Notes under the pieces: model-generated
The model's input: only the letters and a program-made list of their open reading frames with translations
Database searches by the model: none
Told to the model about the DNA's origin: nothing
From: Camelus dromedarius
Lineage: Eukaryota
DNA: 64,000 nucleotides
Assembly: GCF_036321535.1 (NCBI RefSeq)
Contig: NC_087437.1
Coordinates: 122,080,001-122,144,000 of the forward strand
Reading direction: 5' to 3'
In this document: positions 11,901 to 45,099 of the stretch, one piece after another
Layout of the letters: every line of letters starts with the position of its first letter
Position numbering within the stretch: the first letter of the stretch is position 1
Position numbers and translations under genes: made by a program

Positions 11901-14900
11901 CTACCTAGTGCGGTGGTGGGGAGGCCCGGCCTCCTGGGGTGACGGGGCCAGGGTGCAGCCTGGCGGGCCCTCCCTGCTGCCTCTGGGCAGTTTCATTAGC
12001 ATAATTCAAACTTGTCACAAGCGGGCTTTGAGGAACTTCTGTTCTCCAGCCCCGAGCAGCAACGTGGGAGGAAAGGCGAGGTCCGTGTGTGAGTGATGAT
12101 GTCACAGAAGGCGTCTCCCGTGCTCCCCTCACTTTTCTCTGCGGACAAGCCTCCTCTGGCAGAAACACGGGCACAAGCCCCACGACCTGGGCTCCCAGGC
12201 CTGGACTGACAGCCTCCACCCAGATGCACGCGCGTGGATGGCAGGTGATGGGGCCACAAGACCAAGAAATACGCAACAGGGAAGTCCCCACCCTCCTTGG
12301 AGGGAATGGGAAGGGCGTCCAGACACCGTAGCCTGGACCACAGGTGGGCAGAGACCAGGGCGGACCTCCCCCGGCCTGCTGCGGGGCTCGCCGGGCTCCT
12401 GGCAGGGGCGGCCGGGGCCACAGCTGCCCTGAGCAGGCGAGTGGCTGTGGTCTTGCTGGTTCCTCGGAGGCCCTGCTCCCTCCGGACCTGCAAAGGTGGG
12501 GAGTCCTGTGGGGCTGGGCCCACATCTCCTGCGGGAGGAAATGACAGGATGAAGCCGCCAGGAGTGGCTCCCAGGCAAACACCACGAAGTCTGAGCAGGT
12601 TCCAGTCTTGAAAGCCCGTGGTCACTGCCCGGAGGGGCAGGTCTGGCCTCCACCTGCTGACCTGCCCCCTGCAGGGCTTGGACCCCAGGCAGGAGAAGAC
12701 AAGCAGGTACCGCCCCCACCCCCACCCCCAGCCCTGCCTTGACCTGGAGGCCTTGCCAAGCTCCTGGAGAAGCGGTGTGAAGGAAGGGCCCCCCTGTGGC
12801 CACGACAGAAGCTCCCACCCTCCCCCTGGGCTGTGACTCTGGTCCTGGGCTGGCGGGGTCCCACCCAATGTTCTGGGTGCCTCCCGCCTTGGGGCTCGGG
12901 CACTGGATGAGACTGCGGTGTCCCTGCAGTCCAGGATCATGATGAGAGGTGACCAGGGGTGACTGGCACGGCCAGTGCCGCTCAGGCCCAGGCCCAGGCC
13001 CAGGCTGGGAACTCCTGGCACAGGGGCTGGAGGCAGGGAGCAGGGCCTGGCCGACTGACCAGGGCTAGGGGCTGACCCACACGTCCTCTGTGTCCCCGGG
13101 CTGAACCTGCTGACCGCTGGCCTGGGCCACATTACCACCGCCGCTGGTGGGGTGTGTCAGAAGGCCCCACTGCCTGAGGCCTGGGTGCACCTTCAGGGCA
13201 ACGCTGGCCCAACCATGCTGCATCTCTGGCAGGTTCGGTGCGTGGGGGCAATCGGGGGTCACACAAGTCTCCTGTCCCCAGTGGAACCCTGGACCTGCCT
13301 CCGTATGTCCGGGGCGTGGTTGGACCCAGGAATCCCTCTCTGTTCCAGGGCTGTCCCTCCCCCGGGCCGGACCGTCCTGCACGAGGGCCCTGACGAGCAG
13401 CAGAGGGCGCCCCAGGCCCTCCACACTCTCCCCATCCCAACCAGACCACCAGTACTGTCTCGCCAGTCACTTCCAGCTCAGAGATGTCAGGCGGGTGTGT
13501 GTGTGTGTGGGGGGGTGAGCCGCAGGCTGAGGCCCAAGCTGGGCTGACCCTCTCTGGGTGGAGCAGAACCAGGGGCGTCCTGCAAGCTTGACCCCTCCCA
13601 CCCACTGCCCACCCTCTGTCCAGCTGCCCTTCTGTGTCCCCCAGAAGCTCGGCCTCAGTCTCCACACTGGGCTGGACGGCTCCAGGGGGCTGTGGGTCCC
13701 CAGGGATGGGGGCTGAGTCCTGGGGCTGGGGTCCTGGAACCCGCCTGCCATGCTCACTTGGAGACCCCCGTCCAAGTGCTGCTTCCTGAGCCCATGTCAC
13801 CCCCTCTCAGCGCAGGGCTGGCCTGACCCCAGGCTAGAACCCCAGACAGGGCACCCGGCCCGACCGGAGGAGGGACTTCCTGTCCACGGCCTCCTGGGAG
13901 GGGTCCTGGGCCTGGAGGGAGTGAAGGGACCACAGACAGAAGCCTCCTCTGCTCTGAAACAGCTTCCGACCTGGGTGCTTGTTTCCACGGGTACGAGCCC
14001 CAGGTCCACGGACACCCCTCGGTCCTGGTCCTGAAGCCCCGGGTCTCGGCCTCCCTGCATCTCCCCTCACCTTTGGGAGGGGCCTCCCTCTTGGTCTCCC
14101 CCCCGGGGGGACCCCAGACCCACGCCCTCCTGCGGCCCAGGAGGGACAAACAACCAGGTGCCTCCCTGCCTCACGCAGGGCCCACGGGGCAGAGAGAAGT
14201 GCTTCTTCAGAATAATGTCAAACTGCCGGTACCCGGAGACCCTCTTCCCTGGAGCAGCAGCGTTCTGTCCTCACACACACTCTCTCCGGGGCTTGACTGG
14301 ACGGCTGGAGGCCAAGCAGGCCCCCGGCGAGCTCCCGAGAACCCCAGAGGTTCACCCCAGCGCACATCTGCCCCTCCCTGGCACCTCGTCCACAGTTGTG
14401 ACACGAAAGTGGGGAAAACAGAAAGAACGTGGCTTCCAGGCTCAGGAGGGCGGGTCCACTTGGCCTCGCCAGGGACACCACTGCCACTGTCTCTCCTCCA
14501 GCTCCCACCCCCGCGCACGTGTCTGGGTTCCTCTGGACAGTCTGACACACAGAGCTTCCGGAGCTGATGTGCTTGGACTGAGGTCACACGGCCAGGAGGG
14601 GACAGGGCAGGACCTGACCCAGTCCGACCATCCCTGCTTTCCTGGGCACTGGGTCTCAGGGTACACTGGGCAGGATGTCAGGAGCCTTCCAGAGCCATGG
14701 CATGGTCAGGTTGAGGGACAGAGGGTCTGAGTGGTCCCCTGCAGATGCCATGGTTCTGGAGACTGTCAGGGAAGGAAGGCGCTGGGCGACCTGGGACTGA
14801 GGTCACTCGGAGCCTGGCCAGCGAGGAGAAGCACTTCCTCTTCTCTTGGAGTCCAGCAGCCTGGAGGGCTGTCCGCAGCAGGTCGGGGGCTGCTGGTCAG

Positions 14901-16103
14901 TGAGGGGCCCCGGCCCACCCTCTCCCTCTTCCCTGCCAACGGGCTTTGTTAAGCCCCTGAGTGGCTGGCGTGGACAGGCCTGTGGCCGAGCCTGTCATGT
15001 GTCCACCACCGTGGGGCTGACGCACGTCATCTCGGGGGCCTCGGCCCGACCCTAGTGCTCCCATCGGCCCCCAGTGCCCCTTGTGGAAGCTGGGGGAGAT
15101 GGAGTACCCTGCAGGTACTGCCCAGAGCCCGCCAGCTTAGCGGGCAGCCCTGTGGGGCAGGTCCCAGCCCACGTCACCTCCTCTGGGGTAAGAGAGGTGG
15201 CTGCAGGGACCTGTGAGGGTGAGCAGGCAGGGGGTGCGGCCTCCAGACCGGGGGTCCCACACGACCCTCACAGCCCTCTGGAGCCTCGCCACACCACCTG
15301 AGGGGCCTGGACCCACGGCCAGCGCCCACTGCGCCCCGCCTGGGGACCCCCCGGCCCCAAGGGTCCACGGGCAGGAAATGACTCTTGTTTGCAGGAATGC
15401 TCTGGCCACCTCCGTGGGCGGGCGGGGCCCCTGGGGGCCCTGCTGGGTGGGCTCTGGGGCCCCAGTGGTGGGCAGAGGGCCACCACTGCCTGGGAAGCCC
15501 CTTCCCCCAGGGTCCCAGCTGGGCCTCCCACAGCTCCCAGTTTCCTGTAAATCTGCACTGTCTCTGAGGAGGGCAGCCAAGCTTCTCCCAGCCCCGGACA
15601 GCCATTAAAGACATTTTACTGCCAGATGTTTTGCTTTTTCCATAGAACCAGAGGCCAGCGTGAGGTGGCAGGGAGAGATTAACCCCCACAGACCCACAGC
15701 CCAGCCCGGGGCACCCCAACCCGACCTGTGCTCGGGGCCCTGGTGCCGGCCCTGCCCCTCCCCGCCCACTCGGAGAACAGAGGCACCTTCTCTTTACAAA
15801 GGCGGTGGTGGGGGGTGGGGGGCGTGGGGGGGCTCCCTCCCTAAGGACAAGATGCGTCCCCAGCCCAGGACCCCGGGGATTTTGTGAATCAGAAAGTCTG
15901 ACCAGCCTCTGAGGGGGTGTGGGGAGCCGCCCCCAGACGCCAGCCTGGCCCCCACACGGTCACAAACGCAATGTATGTAGGGAGGTGGGGGCGGGGGCGC
16001 CGACCCTCAAGCCTCAGGGTCAATGGTTATCAGAGGGGCAGCAGCCGCCCAGACACCGGGGTCAGCTCACGCAGGGCCTCACAGGCAGCCTAGGCCAGAA
16101 GAC

Positions 16104-16165
16104 TCCCCTCCCCCTCTCCCCTCCCCCCTCCCTCCTCTCCCCTCCCCCTCTCTCCTCCCTCCCTC
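16104..16165. repeat. Polypyrimidine/polypurine tract (C/T-rich low complexity)
   Basis: ctcccctccccctctcccctcccccctccctcctctcccctccccctctctcctccctccctccttccttttt. Confidence 0.9.
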
Positions 16166-17809
16166 CTTCCTTTTTCAGTTTCTTTCACACTCTGGAGTTT
16201 GCAACCGCAGCCTCTATGTCCAAATCCAAACAGAGTAAGAGTCCCGGTTCTCCAGTAACAGGACAGAGCAAGTCAGGCCAGTGTGCGTGTGTCCAGGAGG
16301 CAGCCCAGACAGACTGCCGGGAGGGGTCTCCTGCTGTCCCTGGGGAGGGGGCGGCCCGGGGACAGCGTCTCAGCACAGTTTCACGGGAAGTAACACAGGC
16401 ATGCGGGACCAGCTAACAGGGCAGCACGAAGAGGGCCACACACACGTGAGGCTGAGCCCCCACCCCGGCCCAGTCCCTCCAGTGACGCACCAGCCAGGAG
16501 CCCTGGGCGGTCTGCACAGAAGGACTCGGCTGCCGGGCCCGGGGCCCCCTCGCCAGGCCTGCACATCCAGCTGGGCTCACGGCAGCCTGGTGGACCTCAG
16601 ACAGCTGTGTGGCCCTGTAACTTACTGAACAACCCCTATTGTTGAGTCGCTGGGGTGTTACCACATTTTTTCAATTAAAATACCATGCATTTTGGTGTAG
16701 TTTTTGCAGATCAGTCTGCAGGATGCACTTCTGGCCATGAACTTGCTCTAATCCACACTCCCTGCCGCGTGCCCCGCCCGCCCCCGCCGGCAGCATTTAG
16801 CGGGGACTTTGCAGTGTTGCCAGTCTGAGGGCGGAGGGCCTCCATCTGAGGGCGGCCGGCACGTGTGCACTTCCGTGGGGACTGCCTTTCCCACCTGGCC
16901 TCTTCTTCTGTAGTTTTTTGCCTTCTTGTGGCCGACTGGTGCCAAGGTGTTTGTCACTCAGGACCTGGGTCACCACCTGAGGGGCCCCACCTGCAGGACA
17001 GGGTGACTCAGATGTCCCACATGCCCAGCGCTGTGCCCCTGGGCAGCCAGCATGGCCATGACCACCTCTCAGCACCTAGGGGAGGCGCCCCCCCACCCCC
17101 GCACTGCATCCGACCACCAGCTGCTTCCCATCCGGCTGACTCATCTCAGTCAGCAAACAGAGGCTGGCAGACAGGGCCGCCCGATGCTAAGTGCCCGGGG
17201 CCAGACCACTGGACCCCTCAGCCACACTGGTCAGGAGAGGGGCTCTCACGGGGACCAGGACAGGAGGGAGAGGCTGGTCCACACTGAGGGCAGGGACAGG
17301 AGCCCAGGACAGAGCCCACTGCCCGGGGCCTGGGCAGTCTGGCATCCCCACCCGCTCCGACGTCCGCATGGCCACACTGCCATGGAAACCACATGTGTAA
17401 CTGTGGAAAACACTGTCCTCAGTGAATCATGTCCTAAGTTGGGAGGGAAGTTCCCCTGATGGCTGAGGCGTTCAGAAGAAATCAAAAAGGGTTTTGTTCA
17501 ACAAACGCTAAGAGGGTTTGTATCTCCGGTGTTTGTGAATGAAGGCGGCTTTCCATCACCCACGCCCTGGGAAGGAGCGGGCCCTTCTGGAAGCACTGCC
17601 ACCATCACTGCAGGGGCACGCCCTCTGACACACCCCATGTCCCCCGTCCGCTGGGCCCCTCTTGTCTAGAAAGTTCCATCAGGTGGAGTTTTCAGAGCCC
17701 ACGGGGGACGACTCACCCTGGTGGGTCCGAGCTGCCCTGGGTGGGGCTGGGAGGTGATGGCCAGCGGCCAGCAGCCAGCGGCCAGCGGCCTGGGTCTGTC
17801 TCCACCGGT

Positions 17810-17905
17810 CACTCATTGGCAGCGTGACTACCTCACGATGACCCGTTGTTTCCCCATCTGGACGATGGGGACAAGCTCTGCCCACCTGACCCCGATTCTG
17901 AGGAA
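17810..17905 (+). mobile_element. MIR fragment
   Basis: gtttccccatctggacgatggggacaa...cccacctgaccccgattctgagg resembles the MIR core. Confidence 0.5.
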
Positions 17906-20900
17906 GTGTGGGACTGGGAAACATAGGGAAAAGTGCTTTGTGCCCTGAAAAATCATGTTTGCAGTTATACGTGGACAGTTTTTCCCAGGAAGTGCCGTTT
18001 CCAACCACAGAATCAGCACTCTGCAAGGCGGACTTTGCCCCCAAGGGCAGCACCATTCAAGCGGTCTGCCGACCACGGGCCTGGGGACACTCACTCCAGG
18101 ACGGAGACTGAGGGCCACCCTCTCTGATTCCATCTATGCGGCCACTTCAAACCCAGGGTCCTCACCATAGCATGGCCTCTCCAGCAAAGGGGGCCACACC
18201 CTGGCCCTGGGCCTGCTCAGTGGGCAGGTGAACCGGTCAGGTGGGTCCAGGGAGGACCAGCTCCAACCACAGCTCCAGGCCCCTGGGTCAAAGCCAGGTC
18301 TGCTGGTTGGCTGTGCTGTGGACGGGGTGCCTGGGTGGTGGGCAGCATGGGGTCCCTCTGCCGGTGGAGAGGAGGGGACGAGGGGCACTCTGCCTGCGGG
18401 AGGAACACCCACCCTCACCTCTACAGGGGGACTGGTTCTACCCGGGAAGCAGAGGTGGGGAGGCTGGGCAGCTGCCCAGCTTGCAGCCTGCAGGGCACGT
18501 CTGGGCCCTCCACGTGCCCAGGCTAGGGGACGTCACCCAGCAGGGGCTTCACCTTCAAGTACCCTGGCCTGGAGACCCAAGCGGGAAGGGGGTCTGCTCT
18601 CACCTCCTCGCCCCTGCGACTACCCTCACCCCCCCAATAAAGGCCTCAGTCGTTACCCCTCTGTCTTTCCTGGATTGTCTTTGGGACCCTGACCCCTGGC
18701 TGGGGGGGACTGTCAGTCCCCCCCAAAAGCCCAAACTGCAGGGGGTGACCCAGGCCGAGGAGCAGGTGGGGGGAACGCGCCTGGGCCTCCGTGCACAGCC
18801 GTGGCCCTGACTGTGGCCGGAGGAGCTGCAGGAGCACCCTCACCCCCGCCCCCGCCCAGGGCCCCACACTTGTTGCTGGAAGGGGGGGCGGAGCAGGGAG
18901 GGGGAGGAGAAAAGGAGTTTTTTAAAGCAGGAAGGCCCTGCCGGCAGGCTGTGGCGAGGAGGTCTGCGGGGTGGAGGGGGCGCTGTTGCTCTGCGGAGGG
19001 GGAAGCGGGGGAGGGGAGACGGGGGAGGGAGGGCTGACTGTGCCCCGCCCCCCAGCAGGCCTCTCCTGGCTGCTCCCAGTGGACGAGGGCAGCTTCCCCT
19101 GAAATATTCTTTCCTTCTAACTTCCACGCACCTCTGGGTTTTTCAGCCCCCAGGCAGCGGCACAGGGTCCGTCTGGAGAAGTGCTCCTTTCCCTGCACTG
19201 CGTCTGGGGACACCTGGTGCCACAGGGGTCAGGAGGTGCAGGACGTGTGGGGGCTCCTGCCAGGGCCCCAGGCTCCTGAGCTCTGGGGAGTGGCCTGCGG
19301 GCCTCCTGCTACCACGGGGCACAGACACCCTGCAGGCCGTCCGTGAGCACCTGGGGCAGGTGACGTGCGCTTCCCTGAAACAGGCGCCCAGCACGGGCAG
19401 GGGGTACAGAGACAGGCGGGGGCCTCTCCCCATCACCAGCCCCTTCCTGCAGGGCCTGGGGCAGCCCTGGCTCCCGGGCTTCCTGGACCCCCAGCACATC
19501 TCCTCGCCCCACCTCCAGGGCCCTGACTCCTCCTTACCTGCCTGGCCCGTGTCACCTGGGGGTCGGGTCAAACCTGCAGTAGCCCTGCTACCTGGCCCCT
19601 GCCCCTGTCAAGATCCCGCACCCCCCCCTGCCTGTCCCTGTGGACCTCCGCCCACCTCTCACCTCTCATCTCCCAGCCTCCGGGGCTGAGCATCTCCGTG
19701 CGGCCCCCACCCTGGCCCCCAGCACCTGGGCGTTGTGCGCCCCCCGGCACTCCCCCTCCTGGGGCCGGCGGTGCTATGGGGAAGGCCAGCTCCCCAGAGG
19801 CCGCTCTGGGACCTCAGAAGAGTGGCGCCCCGGTCCCCAGGAGTGGTCATGGGAAGAGGAAAAGGTCCATTCTCCCTCCCACGAGCAGAGGGGCCGCAGA
19901 GCCCCGCACCCCACTCACACCCCCACTGCGGCCACTGGCCCTGGGGGCAGCTGTGCCATCTGCCGGGCCCCACAGCACTGCAGGCGTGGATGTGCTGCCT
20001 GGACTCTGGGTGTGGGGATGTGGACGCTGTGCCCGAGGCCACCCCACCTCTCGGGACGACCTTGCCCCTATGCCGCAGCCCGGAAGGGTGGGTGTCCCTG
20101 TGCCCCGCTTCTCCCTGGGCACAGACGTCCAGCAGGGTTTGCAAACTGTCACACGGCAAGGATCTCCACGGGGTGGGGTGGGGGCCAGCCGGCCAGAGGT
20201 CCGGGCACATCCATCCCCGTCTCTTCCCATTTCACAGACGAGGTGTCAGTCACCTCCCCGGGGCAGGAGCCCTGCAGCCGGCTGGCCCTTGCTGCCAGAG
20301 TCTCACGGTTCCTGGTTTCACACACATATTCTGATTTCTTCCCCAAAACCTGCAAGAACATTAGAGTTGCTGTCTTTGCAAGTCAAAGAGCTCAGGCTTG
20401 GAGAGGCCAGGTGAGCAGTGACAGCCTTGCCCCAGGCAGAGCCCCTTTGAATTGGAAGCTGGGGCCACTGCACCGAACCCCGAAGCAGCACCCACAGCCT
20501 GACTTACGTGGAACCAGCGGTGAGACCACCCCCGCCGTTAGCTCACAGAAGTGTCAAAACGCAGGGAAGAAACCCTAAAAGTCATTGAGGGGGCGATTCC
20601 TGAAGGGTTCCCAGAACTTCTTTGTCATGGTTGTAGATTTTTGCATGTTTTAAACCATAAAACATTTCAGCTGATACTGAGCTTCGGCTCTTGAAAGATC
20701 TAGAACCTTCCCTGGGGCCAGGAGTCCACATTCTGAGCCCACCCCCACCCCGGGCCCCGGTCTGGGGTCCCCACACCCGTCCTCAGAACCTGGGCCTCCC
20801 CTCCTCTCTGTGTCTCTGTCTGTCTGTCTCTCTGTATTTGCACAAAACAAAGGTACGTGCAGTTATCTGCTGACTGTTTTCCCACAGTAAAAAATGAAAC

Positions 20901-21099
20901 ATCTTTCGTAAAAACGTATTTGACCAAACTGTGAAGAGAGAGTTACATGAAAACTTGGAAGTTAGACAGAGCGACGGATTTGAAACGACTTGTAGAACCT
21001 GGCTAGTGTGGGGACAGGGATGGATTCCCCACGGAGGTTAGAAACGACCACGCAGTGCCTCGGAGAAAGCCCTGGTGGGCCGCACGTCCTCCTCCAGAC

Positions 21100-21407
21100 G
21101 TCTGAAACTCAGCCAGCACGGGAACTGCGAGCAAGCAGAAGTCCCCACAAGCCCGGGAAGTAAGTCAGTTAGCCCAGCGGCGTCCTGGGCTCAGAGCGGC
21201 TCCCGGAGGCTGAGTGACTCACCCGGGCTGGAGAGACCCCCGCCCTCTCCAGGGCCCACCCAGCTCCTCCTTCTCGCCCGCCCCTCCCCTCCTGGGCTGA
21301 AACTCCGGAGGCGCCGGAGAGCAGAGAGGACTTCTCCCTCCGGTCACCGGTCACTGCCAGCCCACCCTGCCCTGCCCCTGCTCCACGGTGACACGCAGGC
21401 CGGAGAC
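21100..21407 (+). promoter_or_regulatory. COL6A1: COL6A1 proximal promoter/5' UTR (TATA-less, GC-rich)
   Basis: Directly upstream of ATG; AP-1 TGACTCA 21215-21221 within the palindrome TGAGT-G-ACTCA; pyrimidine-rich Sp/GA boxes ~21238-21293; no TATA seen. Confidence 0.75.
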
Positions 21408-41461
<20,054 letters not shown>

Positions 41462-42177
41462 CAGCCTCCCCACCCCTGAAACAGAAAGTGAAAATGTGAC
41501 CTGAATTTTCCTGACCCATCCAACTAGCTAAGTTTTTTAAAAAAGAAAAGCCTGAAAAGCTGCCCTATGCTTTGCGCCCCCCACCCCCACCCGCCCCGGC
41601 TTCTGCCGGCCCCTCCCGCTGCGCACCGGCACCGTCCTCCTCGCCCCTGGCTGTCAGCGTCCCCTAATCCCTGGTCAGAACCTGAACCCTGGTTCTCTTT
41701 CCTTTCTGGGCTCAGCTGTCCCCACCTCCATCCCCTGCCCCTGGGCTGCTTTCCCGCTGACCCTGCAGAATCCTTCACTAAGCTCTCCACTTACACCAGT
41801 CAGTCCAGCAGCGAGCCCGCATGTGTGCAGAGACAAGCGTGCCCACTCGCGAGGTCCGGTCACTCACGCCCGCCTTGGTGCCTTGGTTCCAGCAGCCTTG
41901 GGCCGAGAGCCAGGGTGGCAGGACGTTGGCCCGCAGACACTGCGACCCCCGCCCGTGCCCTCACAAAGCCCAGAGCAAAGGTGCTACCCCGCTGCCCAGG
42001 GTGCAGAGGCCTGGCCTCTAGCCAGAGTGATGCGTTTTGTCGAAAACAGGGCAAGGCTCTCCCTCCTCAAGGGGCGCCTGGCTCTGCGTCTCGCTGAGGA
42101 CCCTCTTAACACGTTAATTATACTTTTACTCCTTCCTGTGTTTTTTCTCAATTGTGTCCATGTCGGCGACTTTTCCA

Positions 42178-42183
42178 AATAAA
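42178..42183 (+). terminator. COL6A1: COL6A1 polyadenylation signal AATAAA (3' UTR ~0.74 kb)
   Basis: First AATAAA after the stop; U-rich upstream, GU-rich tgtggttgtcttt ~20 nt downstream. Confidence 0.85.
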
Positions 42184-42999
42184 GGTTTTCACTGTCCTCC
42201 CTGTGGTTGTCTTTCCCAGGAGTTAAAACCCCCAGCGTGTTCGCACCTGAGGGAGAGCTCCGAGGTGGTTAGGGCCACCCCAGGGGCCTGCCTTGGCCAG
42301 ACCCCACCCATGACACCCCTCCTCTGGGTCTGGGGGAAGAGTCGGAAAGTAAAGACTCTGTCTGTTCCTGCGGAGGCTCTGGGAGGGGCTCTGACACCCT
42401 GGGCTGCAAGAATCAGAAGCAGATTCGGTCATGGGGGGGACAGGGGGACGAGCCGGCCAGATCCAATAAGGTAAATCCTCATTAATCACCAAAAGGGCCA
42501 GCATTCTGACTTCTGGAGGAGTCGGGATCTGGGGGCCCCATGGGAGATTCAGTTCAGGGCAGTGAGACTGTCAGCCCCCGTCTCAGGAGGGCGGGGGTGG
42601 GGCAGGGGAGTCAGGCAGGGAGGGCTGGGCTGCACTTGGGCTGCAGATGAAGAGGCCAGTGTGCGGGCAGGACACCCATTGCCCATTTAAGGAGCCGGGA
42701 GAAGAGATTCTAGCCGAGAGGGAGCCTGGCAGGTGTCCCTTGGGTGGGGCCACTTGATGCCCCACAAAACGTGGCTGTGAGAGCCAAGTGGCTGGCGGTG
42801 GGGGCAGCATGGCGCCCGGATCCTCTCTGACTCTGAGGAGAGCAACACCCCATGTAGAACTGGGGGTCAGGCACAGGTCCCCCGGGGTCTGCCATGGTGG
42901 ACATCACACTTGGCCTCCACAGGAACCCCGCAGCCGCTGTGGGCAAGCGTCCACTGCTCCACTGTCACCGGAAGGACAGCCTGCAGGTCACCCGCTCCG

Positions 43000-43115
43000 C
43001 CTGACCACCCGCCAGTGCGACCTTGACCCAGTCACCTGCCCCTCCACCTCGGTGTCCTCAACTGCAAACTGGGCTCGGAACATGGAAGCACCGTCTGAGA
43101 GGCTGTGGGCCCGGT
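43000..43115 (+). mobile_element. MIR fragment, GC-drifted
   Basis: gtgcgaccttgacccagtcacctgcccctccacctcggtgtcctcaactgcaaactggg resembles the MIR core. Confidence 0.55.
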
Positions 43116-45099
43116 CCCCTCACAGGACAGGAATCACACACCTATATCTGGGCCAAGGCAGCTCGAGGGCCCTGGACGGTCCATGGCGGGGAAGCACAGG
43201 ACTGGCAGGAGGGGGCAGCTTGGGGGAGGAGGGGGCGCCAGGCCTGCGAGTCTCTGCAGGACGTCCCTCCTCCCCGCACTCGGGCTCCTTCCTGGCTGCC
43301 CAGGTCTGCACCCGGTCGGGGGCTGCAGTGTGGGCCTGCGGGTGCTCCCGGCCCGCAGGCCTCCTCACCGCGCCTGAGGGTGGTCACCCCAGGGATCTCT
43401 CCTTGAAGGAAAGTGAGAAATCAGAGGTTTCCCCTTTAAGAAGAGTCGGTACCTTTAATCCCTGAATCTCTGGCTGGGATCAGCTGGGGTCCTGGGATCC
43501 GGCTCCTGGCTGTCCTTCTCCCCGCACCCCCCCCCACCCGCCTCCCAACATCCACAGGATACAGACAGGGTCCTGCTTCAGTCCACGGAACTCGGCTTTT
43601 AAAAATACGAAGCTATGAGGGAAACCTCAGGCCCCACCAGGTCTGCATCCTTTCCAAGTTTGTAAAAGCAGCGTTTAGGACCACTGCATGAAGTCCGGCA
43701 AACAAGTCAAAGCCAGTTACCCCGTTACTGTAAGTGGGCTGGGACCCCCTCTCCTTTCTGGGCCAGGAACAGCCGCGGCCTCTTGGCTCTGACACCGGCT
43801 CCCCCTCTCCGTGCAGCTGGAGCTACGTGGCACAGGGTGGGTGAGGGTGCACAGCACTGTCAGGGGGCCTGCCACCCCCACCCCATTCACCCCGACTAGG
43901 AGCCGTGGGGGCAGTGCCTGGCATCCCTCTTGGCCCTGCTACTCCTAAAGCCTCTGGCCGCAATTCCTTCCTCTTCTCCAGGAAGTGTGGTCCTGGAAAG
44001 GAGGGGGGCCTTTGGGGCCCGAGGGGTGTTCTGAGGGCCCCTGCCGGCTCCCACTCATCCCCCATCCAGTCTGATCCATCGGCCAGTGTGGGACAGACAG
44101 GGCGTGTGCAGCCCATCTCTGGGACCTTTCTCCCAACCCAGCCCCACATCCGTCCAAGTGCGGGGCTCAGAGGCTCCAGAGGTTTGGTCAGAGCCCTGCC
44201 TCCTTTGTTTCACACATGCGGCTGGGGCCCGGGGCGGAGGTGCTCCCCAAAGTCTGCGCCCACCACTCAGGCCCCTGCTGCGCCTGCGTGGACAGAGGAG
44301 GACTATGGCTTCACCCTCCTTGGTTTGCACTCGGTTTCTCTGTCGTCCTCTCGCTCTCAGACCCTGGGTGCGGCATCCTGGTGCACGCTCTGCCTTCCGA
44401 GGCCTCCCGTCCCCTCGCCCCCGATGGTCCTGGTCTTTCAGGGAAAAACCCGCCACACTCATGTTGACCACTGTAGCCAGTCTGGTGTTTATCGTTTTTT
44501 GTGCTGAGAAGACGCAGGAAGGAACAACTGTTCACCTGTGATTTCTGAGGGTGCCCGGGAGGCTGCAACTCGCCGGTTGAGACCTGCGGGCCAGTGTCCT
44601 CCGGTCCGGTGTCCCCGACTGCAGGTCCCTGACAATGCCTTCCTGAGGCAGGATTTTAAGTTCAGTGGCTCCTCTGTCTTTCAGCTGCTGGGATGATGAC
44701 ACTGAGACTGAGACCCCCTCCTCCAGCTAGGCCCGACGGCTCCTCAGGAGGGCGTGAGGCTCGGAGTCCATGCAGCGCTGGTGGCCGTGTGGCACAGCAC
44801 GATCGCTTTAGGGCCCCTGCAGGTCCCTGAAGTCACATGTGCGTTTCCCATGCAACCCACCACTCCCCTCCTGAGCCCCTGTGTCCAGCCATAGCCCCCA
44901 AAGAGCATGTCCTCCCGCCCCAGGAGACAGGACATCAGGGCGAGGTCCACCCGCGCCCGAGCGCCACTCGAAACACCAAGGAGCAGGCGCGTCTCCCACG
45001 TGTCGTGCTGAGTGCGAGAAGCCAGACTCGGAAGGGGGGCACGCGGGGACCTGTCTGCGGAAGCTTGAGGTGGGGGCACGGCAGGCAGCCGGCGCCTCT

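Noticed and set aside
11996..13138. 380-aa minus-strand ORF, and many other long ORFs at 1.5-47 kb
   Set aside because: Pro/Gly/Ala/Arg-rich with no recognisable domain, overlapping ORFs in several frames and mostly non-ATG starts; expected from stop-codon scarcity in GC-rich DNA.
21075..21407. In-frame N-terminal extension of COL6A1
   Set aside because: Starts at GTG inside the promoter; the ATG at 21408 directly precedes a normal signal peptide.
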